DNA of 64,000 nucleotides from Calditrichia bacterium (GTDB lineage Bacteria; Calditrichota; Calditrichia; RBG-13-44-9; J075): the NCBI GenBank assembly GCA_050633245.1, contig JBOEGD010000030.1:153419-217418 (forward strand), read 5' to 3'. The notes beneath the pieces were generated by a model. It searched no databases. It was not told where the DNA came from and worked only from the letters and a program-made list of their open reading frames with translations. The position numbers and the translations under genes are program-made. Shown here one piece after another: positions 46,353-55,705 of this stretch. The first letter of the stretch is position 1. The number at the start of each line of letters is the position of its first letter.

Positions 46353-49300
46353 ATGGATGGATCCTTGATACGGATCTGGGTTGTATCAATTTTGATGATC
46401 TGTGCTACAGTTGGCTGGGCGCAGCAAAAGCAAATTTCTGCCCAACAGGCGATTGACAAAGCACTAACATTAACCACGCCGGAAGTTGGAGTAAATGACT
46501 TTCGTGTAAGTGATATGGGCCCAAATGGCAACGGTGCTTTTGATGCGTTTACAGCAGCAGTTGCCTACAACAGCCTGGACAATGAATATCTCGTTGTTTG
46601 GTCTGGTGATGACGAAAAAAATGAAGAGTTTGAGATCTGGGGACAGCGTATTGATGCTGCTACCGGGGAAGAAATCGGAGTAAATGACTTTCAAATCAGT
46701 GATGTGGGACCGGATGAGCAAATAAACTTTGATGCGTTTGAGCCTGCGGTTGCCTACAACAGTGTGAATAATGAGTATCTTGTGGTCTGGTATGGTGATG
46801 ATGACCAGGGGACATTGGTTAATGATGAGCTGGAAATCTTTGGTCAACTTCTTGCCGCTGATGGAACAGAGCTTGGTGACGATGATTTTCGCATTAGCTC
46901 GATGGGCACCGACGGATCACTTGATGCCTCAGCACTGTCTCCGGATGTAGCATTTAGCAATGATGACAACATGTTTATCGTTGTCTGGCATGGCGATGAC
47001 GCGTCGAATGGAACAATTGATGATGAATTTGAGGTATTTGCTGCCGCCGTAAGTGCCGCCGGAAATATTCAAAATATGGACGATATTCGTTTGAGTGATA
47101 TGGGCCCCGATGGTGATGAGAATTATGCCGGCTTGAATGCTGCTGTTAGTTATAACTCAGTTGAAAGTGAATTCCTGGTTATTTGGGAAGGCGATGATAA
47201 TAGTGGCTCGCTTACGGAAAGTGAGTTTGAAATTTTTGGCCAGCGTTTCGATGCCAGCCTGCTTTCCGAAGTGGGAGCGAATGACTTTCGCGTAAGCGAT
47301 CAGGGATCTGATGGTGATCAAAGTATTGATGCTAATAGTCCGGCGATCGTTTTCAATAGCATCGATAATGAGTATCTTGTCGTTTGGCAAGGCGATAGCG
47401 AGACGCCACCACTGGTTAATCAGGAGTTGGAAATCTACGGTCAACGCCTCGATGGCACGTCTGGTATTCCTGTTGGTGAAACTAACTTTCGCATCAGCGA
47501 TATGGGTCCGGATGGGCAAACAAACTATGCCGCAATTAATGCAGCCGTTACGTTTAATCAAACGACCGGAGAATATCTTGTTGTTTGGGAAGGCGATGAT
47601 GACACCATTCCGTTAGTTGACGATGAGCTGGAAATTTTTGGCCAGTTTTTGGATGCTTCAGGTGAGGCATTTGGTATCAATGACTTTCGCATCAGCGATA
47701 TGGGTCCGGATGGGGATAGTGGATTTCTGGCATTTAATCCTGCATTATCCTATAATAGCGCCAACAATACGTTCCTTACTGTTTGGGAAGGCAAAGATCT
47801 GAGTAATACAATTACTGAAATCGAAATCTATGGCCAGCAGCTTGCCGCAACTCCTGTGGCACCGCAAGGACTTTCTGCTGCTCCTGAACAGCTTGAAGTA
47901 CAACTTAGCTGGAATCAGTTTAGCGGCGAAATCGCACAGTTCTACATTTATCGTGGTGTGACTGCCGGTGTCTTGACGCTTGTAGATAGCACGTCCGGTG
48001 ATAATTTGGAATATTCAGATCTATTTGTAAATGAACTAACCCAATATTATTATCAAATTTCTGCCCTTGGCACAAATGGCTTCGAGGGTGATAGATCCGG
48101 TGAAGTGAATGCAATGCCGCTCGATGCTAATGCACCGTCCGCTCCACTTGGTCTTCAAGCTGACGCTGGTAATTTTCTGATAGACTTAAATTGGGATGCC
48201 AATCCGGAAGTTGATATGGCTCATTATACGCTTTATCGGAATACGGAGGAAGATTTCTCCACTGCTGAAAAAATCGCTCGGCTTTCTTCTGAGAGCTTAA
48301 CCTATCGAGATAGCAGTCTGGTTGGTGGAGCGGACTTTATTTATTGGCTTACAGCAGTTGATATCTCGGGAAATCAAAGCGCCTCCAGCAACTCTGCATC
48401 GGCAACAGCGATGGACAATATCGCTCCAAGTGCCCCTCAGGAACTAACCGCTGCTGGAGACAACTCTTTGGTTACGCTTAACTGGCTGGCGAATACAGAG
48501 AGCGACTTGGCAGGCTATAAATTATTGCGTAGCGAAGAGAGCTCGCCGGCAACTGCCCAGGATCTTGCAATTATTGACAAGTCTCAAACGACATTTAATG
48601 ATCTTCGTGTGGAGAATGGGAATACGTATTATTATTGGCTGCAAGCCTTTGACTTTTCCGGGAATGAAAGTGCATTTAGCCTTAGTGTCAGCGTTATGCC
48701 GTTCGATGCTGCACCATCTCAACCTGTCTTTGCGGATGTGATAGGAACGGATCAACGCGTTGAGTTAAACTGGCAGATTAATCCTGAAGCCGATTTGCAG
48801 TTCTATTCACTTTATCGAAATGACGAGAACGATCCTACTGAAGCGACTAAAATTGGTCAGTTCGATCATCCGGGAAACTCTTATGTTGATGAATATGTTG
48901 AAAACGGTTTAGTATACTTTTATTGGCTTGTAGCAACAGATATGGGTGGAAATGAAAGCGAGCGTAGCGCTTCTGCCACTGCGATGCCTCAGGATAATGT
49001 TGCCCCGTCGGCTCCGGAAAACCTCTCTGCAAATGGTGGTTCCGGAGTTGTGGAACTGGCATGGCAGGTTAATGAAGAAGAAGATGTGCAAAACTATATT
49101 GTCTATCGCAGCTCGTCTTCTCCGATAATTCCGACGGATACGATAGCCGTTGTTAGTCATCCAATAGTAATGTTTACAGACAGCTCAGCGATACCGGAAA
49201 CTGAATATTACTACTGGGTTGCCGCTGTTGATGTGAACGGAAACGAAAGCTCGCTAAGTATCTCAGCTACAGCAATCGCTTCACCGCTGGTTGGCATCAA

Positions 49301-49598
49301 CACGTTAACAGGAGTTCCGACAGCATTTGAACTCTATCAAAATTTCCCGAATCCATTTAATCCATCCACAACAATTACTTTCGATTTACCAACGAATGAA
49401 GTAGTACAGCTTGCAATCTACAATATGCTTGGGCAGGTTGTTCGTATTTTGGTGGCGGAAGAGTTACCAGCAGGTCGCGTCAGCGTAACCTGGGATGGTG
49501 CTAACGAGTTTGGTGAACGATTGTCCAGCGGTGTTTATCTTTATCGCATTGAGGCTGGCAATATTGTTCAAACCCGTAAACTGGTTATGATGAAATAG
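46353..49598 (+). CDS. Large secreted protein: 7 acidic ~66-aa repeats + 5 FN3 domains + T9SS/FlgD-like C-terminal sorting domain
   Basis: Signal peptide; repeats NDFRISDMGPDG...YNS..NEYLVVW.GDD...EIFGQ; AP.AP..L FN3 units; LYQNFPNPFNP...SGVYLY tail. Confidence 0.85.
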   Translation: MDGSLIRIWVVSILMICATVGWAQQKQISAQQAIDKALTLTTPEVGVNDFRVSDMGPNGNGAFDAFTAAVAYNSLDNEYLVVWSGDDEKNEEFEIWGQRIDAATGEEIGVNDFQISDVGPDEQINFDAFEPAVAYNSVNNEYLVVWYGDDDQGTLVNDELEIFGQLLAADGTELGDDDFRISSMGTDGSLDASALSPDVAFSNDDNMFIVVWHGDDASNGTIDDEFEVFAAAVSAAGNIQNMDDIRLSDMGPDGDENYAGLNAAVSYNSVESEFLVIWEGDDNSGSLTESEFEIFGQRFDASLLSEVGANDFRVSDQGSDGDQSIDANSPAIVFNSIDNEYLVVWQGDSETPPLVNQELEIYGQRLDGTSGIPVGETNFRISDMGPDGQTNYAAINAAVTFNQTTGEYLVVWEGDDDTIPLVDDELEIFGQFLDASGEAFGINDFRISDMGPDGDSGFLAFNPALSYNSANNTFLTVWEGKDLSNTITEIEIYGQQLAATPVAPQGLSAAPEQLEVQLSWNQFSGEIAQFYIYRGVTAGVLTLVDSTSGDNLEYSDLFVNELTQYYYQISALGTNGFEGDRSGEVNAMPLDANAPSAPLGLQADAGNFLIDLNWDANPEVDMAHYTLYRNTEEDFSTAEKIARLSSESLTYRDSSLVGGADFIYWLTAVDISGNQSASSNSASATAMDNIAPSAPQELTAAGDNSLVTLNWLANTESDLAGYKLLRSEESSPATAQDLAIIDKSQTTFNDLRVENGNTYYYWLQAFDFSGNESAFSLSVSVMPFDAAPSQPVFADVIGTDQRVELNWQINPEADLQFYSLYRNDENDPTEATKIGQFDHPGNSYVDEYVENGLVYFYWLVATDMGGNESERSASATAMPQDNVAPSAPENLSANGGSGVVELAWQVNEEEDVQNYIVYRSSSSPIIPTDTIAVVSHPIVMFTDSSAIPETEYYYWVAAVDVNGNESSLSISATAIASPLVGINTLTGVPTAFELYQNFPNPFNPSTTITFDLPTNEVVQLAIYNMLGQVVRILVAEELPAGRVSVTWDGANEFGERLSSGVYLYRIEAGNIVQTRKLVMMK

Positions 49599-49646
49599 CC
49601 ATTCGAACATTTTTCTATTGGCACGCAAAGCTGATAAAAATGACCC

Positions 49647-49684
49647 AAAATCTCCTCACATGTGTTGTGAGGAGATTTTTTTTT
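49647..49684 (+). terminator. Intrinsic terminator
   Basis: aaaatctcctcaca-tgtgt-tgtgaggagatttt followed by a T-run. Confidence 0.88.
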
Positions 49685-49753
49685 CAAAAAATGTTCACTT
49701 TTTTCTAAGATATAGTACAGTCCCCTTCATCCAATCTAATTGAGGAGAATAAT

Positions 49754-50176
49754 ATGACGTGCATTAAAATTTTGCATAACTTGCCGTCAGGGAATGACCA
49801 CTGTGATAATATTCGTGAGTTAGCGCTGGATGTGCTTTGGAGTTACCTGAGCAACAAATCGTCAATTGGGATCGGGTTTCGCCGCAGCTGTAATATTGCT
49901 GGTTTTGATATTGACTTTTTCTCTCCGGAGGGCGGAGTAATTGTGCAGGTATGTGGCGATGCTGAATTCGACAGGCTACGAATGGTTATGGACGCCTTTA
50001 ACGAAATGATGTTGCGACGTTTGGGGTTTGAGGTGCTTTATATAAGCAGCGAAGATGTTTTACTTCGCTGCCAGGATGTGCTTATGGATGTTTCAGCGCT
50101 TATCAACATCAACAACACGAGTCAGGTCGTTCATTCCTTTTCAACCGGAACTTCTAAGGCGGAAATCCGCGATTGA
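49754..50176 (+). CDS. DUF559/Vsr-like protein, degenerate
   Basis: LW..L....GIGFRR...IAGFDIDF, L...GFEVL. The IEVDG..H motif is replaced by VQVCGDAE. Confidence 0.55.
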   Translation: MTCIKILHNLPSGNDHCDNIRELALDVLWSYLSNKSSIGIGFRRSCNIAGFDIDFFSPEGGVIVQVCGDAEFDRLRMVMDAFNEMMLRRLGFEVLYISSEDVLLRCQDVLMDVSALININNTSQVVHSFSTGTSKAEIRD

Positions 50177-50778
50177 GCATATGCAATATGCATATCCAGG
50201 TTAACCGGTGCATATTCTACAAAGCCACGGAAAGCCAGTAAGGCCTCGTCGAATCGCTCCAGCTTTTCGCAGGCTAGTGCCTTGTTGAAATAGGCTTCAT
50301 AATAGTCTTCTCTTAGTTCGATGGCTTTATCGCGGTCGGAAATTGATTCACCAAATCGTCCCAAATCATAGTAAGTAATGCCGCGGTTGTTGTAGGCCAG
50401 GGCGAACGTAGGGCCTTCAATAATGGCACTGTCTTGTTCTGCTAGTTTTGCCGGCAGGTTTCCCTCATTGCCATGTTGAATGGCGCGGAATAAATGCAAT
50501 CCGGCTTTTTCGGAAATTTGCTTTTCTAAAACCGCTTGGGTTATCTGCAGACTGGTTTGTGATGGAATGTTATTGGAATCCGTTTGTACAGCCTGCAGAA
50601 ATGCCTTTTCGGCGCGAACAAAATGTCCGGATAGTGCGCTGGCTAATCCTGTTTCGTAGCTGTTTTGCAGCGACACCGGAATTTCAGCTGTAGTCTCTTC
50701 TATTTGTCCGCAGGAAAAAATAAGAAACAGGCAACTTATATAGCTTAGGGCGAAATATCGAATGTGTTTCGAAAACAT
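50131..50778 (-). CDS. TPR-repeat lipoprotein
   Basis: IFS-C lipobox; AYNNRG, AYFNKA TPR motifs. Confidence 0.8.
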   Translation of the reverse strand: MFSKHIRYFALSYISCLFLIFSCGQIEETTAEIPVSLQNSYETGLASALSGHFVRAEKAFLQAVQTDSNNIPSQTSLQITQAVLEKQISEKAGLHLFRAIQHGNEGNLPAKLAEQDSAIIEGPTFALAYNNRGITYYDLGRFGESISDRDKAIELREDYYEAYFNKALACEKLERFDEALLAFRGFVEYAPVNLDMHIAYAQSRISALEVPVEKE

Positions 50779-50894
50779 TATGATCCTTAAAAAGTGATAT
50801 TGATATAAGATTGATATATAGGAATATCGACACTTTTTAATCAGAACTATTGTTTTGAATCAAGTATTTAGCGCCGTGTAAATCGAATATGTTA

Positions 50895-51593
50895 TTATCG
50901 TCCTGTACCAAAAAGGATCTTTATAAATGGTCCGCTCATTTCACCGGCCGGTGAGCCGGTTAATGACACGTCATCAGCTTTCCAATCACCACTATATGCG
51001 GTAATATTGTAGCCAAAGCGAATACCAACAGCCATTTTATTCTTCCTATTGGGCGCGATAGGAATATCTATTCCAAATGCTGCGCTAATCAATAAGTGGG
51101 TTTGCGATAGATTGGTGGTAACGCCGGGGGTGGCAAGAAGCTCATCGAAGCTGAGACTGTTGTTTTGTCTGAGGCTTATTTCGCTGATTCCAGCTCCGAT
51201 GCCAGCTAAAGGGTAAAGGCGAATGCTATTATTGTTCAGAATGCTGAAACCCAGCGAGAGCAGTCCATAACTTCCGGATGAGCTGAGTTTTAGGGATTGT
51301 GTAGCATCATCCGTTGTACGCTTTATAATTGCAGCACCTTCGCCACCGATTATCAGGCGTTTGGCAAAAAATAATCCCCCCCCACCGATGGTAATGAATT
51401 TGTCTGCTAACTCAGGATAGTTTGCATCGCTAAGACTGGTGGAAATATCTCCAAAGTCGAACTGCTCTGCGCCTAAAAATAAATAGCCAAAGCCCTGATA
51501 GCGATCGTCTGGCAATCCATATTGAGCAAATGCACTAAAGCTAAAAAAAGACAGGAGTAAAAGAGAGCGAATGATTTGAAAAAGCGATAGCAT
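50895..51593 (-). CDS. Outer-membrane beta-barrel, hypothetical
   Basis: Signal peptide; Gly/aromatic-rich beta strands. Confidence 0.6.
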   Translation of the reverse strand: MLSLFQIIRSLLLLSFFSFSAFAQYGLPDDRYQGFGYLFLGAEQFDFGDISTSLSDANYPELADKFITIGGGGLFFAKRLIIGGEGAAIIKRTTDDATQSLKLSSSGSYGLLSLGFSILNNNSIRLYPLAGIGAGISEISLRQNNSLSFDELLATPGVTTNLSQTHLLISAAFGIDIPIAPNRKNKMAVGIRFGYNITAYSGDWKADDVSLTGSPAGEMSGPFIKILFGTGR

Positions 51594-51784
51594 ACCAGAC
51601 TTCCATAATTGAGATTCGAGGAAATATAGTGGGTGCCAATTTCGGAGGCAAATTAATTATCGGTATGTCGTGGAGTTCTGAATGCTACATGCTATTTGAT
51701 TGTTGCTTTCAGGTTTTGTGCGCTGTATAATCCGATAGACATTTTAACTGTTTTATATTGTATGATGGATGGAAGGAACCAGAG

Positions 51785-52429
51785 ATGATCTCCTGGATAA
51801 AAAAAGGCAACGATGATAAGGCCTCAGAAGAAAACTCCTCTTCGCAGCGAATTAGCGTTACGGATACTGCTCGCGAGAAAATTAACGAGCTCATTCAAAA
51901 TGCTGAAACACCGGTGCTTGGTGTGCGAGTTTTAGCCGAGGCAACTACACCTGTCAATCCGCAATATAGCCTGGCATTTGTCCAGGAAGGTGAAGTGTTT
52001 GACGACGATACCGTAATGGACGTTAATGATTTTAATATCTACATTGATGGTGATAGCTTACCACATGTAAACGGTGTCGAACTTGATTTTATTACAACAC
52101 AGATGGGTGGTGGTGGTTTTCGCATTCAAAAGCCAACCCTAATTCCTAACCTGAAGGGCGAAGTTGCCGAAAAGCTGCAAAAGGTGATTGCTGATCAGAT
52201 CAACCCTGCTTTGGGTATGCACGGTGGACATATTACTTTGATAGATGTAAAAGATAACAAAGCATATATCGAATTAGGCGGCGGCTGCAAGGGATGTGGA
52301 ATGGTCGACGTGACGTTGAAAAACGGCATTGAAACTCTCATTACCCAAAACGTGCCTGAAATAACAGAAGTATTAGACACCACCGATCATGCTTCGGGCG
52401 ACAATCCATACTATCAACCATCCAAATAG
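51785..52429 (+). CDS. nfuA: Fe-S biogenesis protein NfuA (degenerate A-type domain + NifU-C domain)
   Basis: INPALGMHGG, GGGCKGC, TDHASGDNPYY. Confidence 0.9.
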   Translation: MISWIKKGNDDKASEENSSSQRISVTDTAREKINELIQNAETPVLGVRVLAEATTPVNPQYSLAFVQEGEVFDDDTVMDVNDFNIYIDGDSLPHVNGVELDFITTQMGGGGFRIQKPTLIPNLKGEVAEKLQKVIADQINPALGMHGGHITLIDVKDNKAYIELGGGCKGCGMVDVTLKNGIETLITQNVPEITEVLDTTDHASGDNPYYQPSK

Positions 52430-52444
52430 ACCGCGAATAGCTAT

Positions 52445-53827
52445 ATGTCGCGCGTTGCCCTGATCTCAACATACGAAATAGGACGCCAACCTTTTGGGTT
52501 GGCCTCGCCGGCGGCCTGGTTACGGAAGGACGGTTTCAACGTCACTTCTGTAGACTGTGCTGTTCAACCTTTTCCCGATCAGCTCATTCAGCAAGTTGAC
52601 GTTGCAGCTTTTTACATGCCGATGTATACTGCTGCAAGGTTGTCTGTCCCGCTTATTCGTCGCGCTCAAAAGTTAAACCCGGAGCTGATTGTAATTGCTT
52701 ACGGTCTTTATGCACCGGTCAACGAGGCTTTTTTTCGCAAGCTTGGTGTCCAGAATATTGTCGGAGCCGAATTCGAAGCCCCATTGCTGGAACTCTGTCG
52801 AAATATTCGTGCTGGGGATATCGTCGAAGAAACAGTTGTATCGCTAGAGCGTCAGCAGTTTTTAACTCCATTTCGGGACGACTTGCCGGAACCCGGGAAT
52901 TATGCTGCCCTTTGCGAAGAGGGTTGCGCTGCAAAGACCACCGGATATACGCAAACAACTCGTGGCTGTTTGCATACATGTCGACATTGCCCAATTGTGC
53001 CGGTATACAATGGAGCGTTTCGAGTCGTACAAAAAGATGTCGTATTGGCAGATATCCGGCAGCAGGTTGTACGTGGAGCTCAACATATTACGTTTGGCGA
53101 CCCTGATTTTTTTAATGGGCCGGGACATGTTTTACCTATCGTTAAACAAGTTCATGCTGAGTTTCCTGATATAACGTATGATGTGACGATTAAAATTGAG
53201 CATTTGCTTAAATATGAAAAGTATTTGCCGGTTTTGCGAGATACCGGGTGCGCATTTGTGACCAGTGCGGTCGAGGCAGTCGAAGACTCTATTTTACAGA
53301 TTTTTGACAAAGGCCATACGCGGGAAGACTTTGTTCGCACTGTAGAAATTATGGATGCGTACCAGCTTCGATTAAATCCAACGTTTGTAACGTTTACACC
53401 CTGGACAACACTACAGGGATATCGCAGTATGCTTTCTCTACTGGCAGAGCTCGGTTTAATCGAGGGCGTTTCACCGGTTCAATTAGCAATTCGCTTGCTA
53501 ATTCCCGCAGGGTCTAGGTTACTGGAAGTTCCGGATATAGAGGAATCACTTGGAGAGTTTCGAGAGGAGCAATTAGGGTACGAATGGCAGCACAGCGATA
53601 AACGCGTAGATGGTTTGCAAAAAGCTTTAATGGATCTTTTAGGATCAAAAAACTTGGGTAGGAGAGAATACTTTCTGACTGCATGGAAGATGGTGAATGC
53701 ATTATTGAAAGAGGATATTGCGCTCCCTGAAAGCAAACGATCTCGACAAAGAGCAACGGTACCGTATTTAAATGAGCCATGGTATTGTTGAGCTGAGCCA
53801 TCGGAAGAGCAGTTTGCTCGATTATAG
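52445..53827 (+). CDS. CUAEP-tail radical SAM selenoprotein (UGA at 53789-91 read as Sec)
   Basis: N-terminal B12-binding-like domain and CLHTCRHC. Reading through TGA gives ...PYLNEPWYC-U-AEPSEEQFARL-TAG. Confidence 0.88.
53792..53822 (+). promoter_or_regulatory. Putative bacterial SECIS element
   Basis: ATCG(gaag)AGCA-GTT-TGCT-CGAT stem with a G-starting apical loop ~20 nt after the UGA. Confidence 0.6.
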
Positions 53828-53890
53828 CTGGCCATGAAAAGGCCGAGTATTAATTAAAGGATTATATCAGAATGACATTGGAGTAAATGC

Positions 53891-54121
53891 ATGCTGAGTT
53901 TTTTCAAGAAGAAAAAAGCAGAGGCTGAAGCGGAAGAACGTATTACTATTGTTGCGCAAGTTATTCATGATTCTCCAAGGGCTATCCTGGTAGAGTATAA
54001 GGAGTTAAACGCTTGGCTGCCGCACAGTAAGATTGAGATCGAAGAATTATCGGCTGATAATGAAGTACGCCTTAATATGTCTCCGCGACTCTTTCGCGTG
54101 AAGTTTGGCGGTAGAGATTAA
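53891..54121 (+). CDS. Small hypothetical beta-rich protein
   Basis: GGAG RBS; DSPRAILV...WLPHSKI motif. Confidence 0.65.
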   Translation: MLSFFKKKKAEAEAEERITIVAQVIHDSPRAILVEYKELNAWLPHSKIEIEELSADNEVRLNMSPRLFRVKFGGRD

Positions 54122-54301
54122 TGCTATGCTCTTCGATATTGAAGACTCCTTTGGAGGCCGCTATCTGCAATTTGACCATTTCCGCACCTGGACAATTTTT
54201 CTATAGCCGTTTCATTTTAGAATCATCAGTATTAGCTTCAATTACCCCGTTCCAAAAAAGTTAATCATTGGTTTTTTTGTTCAACACTATCATAAACCTT
54301 G

Positions 54302-54357
54302 CGTTTATTTAATTTGTACAATATATTGCGCAATATATTGTACAAATTAAATAAACG
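54302..54357. promoter_or_regulatory. Perfect 56-bp palindrome (probable MarR operator array)
   Basis: cgtttatttaatttgtacaatatattgc|gcaatatattgtacaaattaaataaacg; the halves are exact reverse complements. Confidence 0.8.
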
Positions 54358-54370
54358 TGAGGATTATTCT

Positions 54371-55705
54371 ATGTCAAGACTTGCCATATTGCTTATAAGT
54401 ATATCTCTTTTTTGCATGATGCCTAAAGCCAGGGTTATTGCTCAGCCCAACTCTGAAATGTCTACGCTGAAAAAAAGCCAGGTGTTAGATTCTTTGGCCA
54501 TTACTCTGAAAAATAATTATGCGTTTCCACAGCGTATTGCTTCTATTGTTGCCAATCTTAAAAAGCGCGAGCAAGAAGGTAATTATACCTCCGCTAAAAC
54601 TCCTGCCGATTTTGCGAATCTTGTTACGATGGATTTGCAGGAAATTACCGAGGATCTTCATTTTCATATCGGTGTTGATCCCAACTGGATTGCTGAACAA
54701 CGTGCTGCGAGCGATCCGGAAATAAAAAAAGCTTTAGCAGAGACTAATGTCTTAAAGGAGCAGCAGAAAAACTATGGATTTGAAGATGTGCGAATTTTAG
54801 AGGGGAATATTGGTTATCTTAATTTTACTTATTTCTCAGATCCCGACTATGCTCATGAAACAGCTGAAGCCGCTATGTATATGTTGGAAAACTCTGATGC
54901 ACTTATTATAGATCAACGGTTCAATAATGGGGGCTATATGGAAATGGCGCAATTATTGGCTAGTTATTTTTTCTCTCCGGAACCAGCTCAGGTGCTGTTT
55001 GATATTTATTATTTTGAAGATGGAAAAAGAATCGACTTAAAAGAATGGGTATTGCCATTTGTCCCTGGGAAACGTATATCTAATAAGCCGTTGTACATAC
55101 TAACAAGCAGCACTACCTTCTCTGCAGGAGAGTGGTTTGCGTATGTTCTTAAAAATCTCGGTCGTGCAACGGTCATCGGTGAACAAACAGCTGGTGGCGC
55201 ACATCCGGTGACTCGCAAACCTATTGATGATCAATTTTTTCTACAGGTACCAATTGGAGAAATAAAAGGGCCGGTTTATCAGCAAGACTTTGAGGGAGAA
55301 GGAGTTCATCCAAATATAGCTACTCCGGCCTATAAAGCATTGGGCACTGCTCATCACCTTGCATTGAAACAGCTTGCAGAAGCAGATTCCACTAAGCAGG
55401 ATGCTGTAGACTGGTATCTGCCTTTGATTGCTGTTCGCACAGAACCGATAAAACTTGAAGAGTCCTCGATTGGTGCAATTGTCGGCGAATATGAAGGGCG
55501 AAAGATTAGATTGGATGGGACTGACCTCATATATTCATGGGGAAGTCGATTTCGCATGCGCTTATTGCCATTGTCGCAAACGCTTTTTGCTCTGGAGGGA
55601 TTCGATGGCTTTCGATTTCAGGTCGTTGTTGCAGATGGAAAAACTACGGGGCTGAAGCGCATTTATCAAGACAAAACAACTCAATTTCATCGGAGAATTA
55701 AATAG
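54371..55705 (+). CDS. Secreted S41 family peptidase (IRBP-like)
   Basis: DLHF, NIGYL, DQRFNNGG, TFSAGE, IGEQTAGGAHP, GEGVHP. GAGGA RBS before ATG 54371. Confidence 0.9.
   Translation: MSRLAILLISISLFCMMPKARVIAQPNSEMSTLKKSQVLDSLAITLKNNYAFPQRIASIVANLKKREQEGNYTSAKTPADFANLVTMDLQEITEDLHFHIGVDPNWIAEQRAASDPEIKKALAETNVLKEQQKNYGFEDVRILEGNIGYLNFTYFSDPDYAHETAEAAMYMLENSDALIIDQRFNNGGYMEMAQLLASYFFSPEPAQVLFDIYYFEDGKRIDLKEWVLPFVPGKRISNKPLYILTSSTTFSAGEWFAYVLKNLGRATVIGEQTAGGAHPVTRKPIDDQFFLQVPIGEIKGPVYQQDFEGEGVHPNIATPAYKALGTAHHLALKQLAEADSTKQDAVDWYLPLIAVRTEPIKLEESSIGAIVGEYEGRKIRLDGTDLIYSWGSRFRMRLLPLSQTLFALEGFDGFRFQVVVADGKTTGLKRIYQDKTTQFHRRIK

Noticed and set aside
49618-49636. Sigma54 promoter (TGGCACG)
   Set aside because: There is no TTGC at -12, and it lies upstream of a terminator.
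54302-54357. Protelomerase (telRL-like) site as the primary call
   Set aside because: No protelomerase or phage genes are in the window, and the adjacent MarR is a simpler explanation. It is kept only as an alternative.
54299-54370. N-terminal extension of the S41 peptidase in the ORF track
   Set aside because: It is a translation of the palindrome. The RBS and signal peptide indicate ATG 54371.
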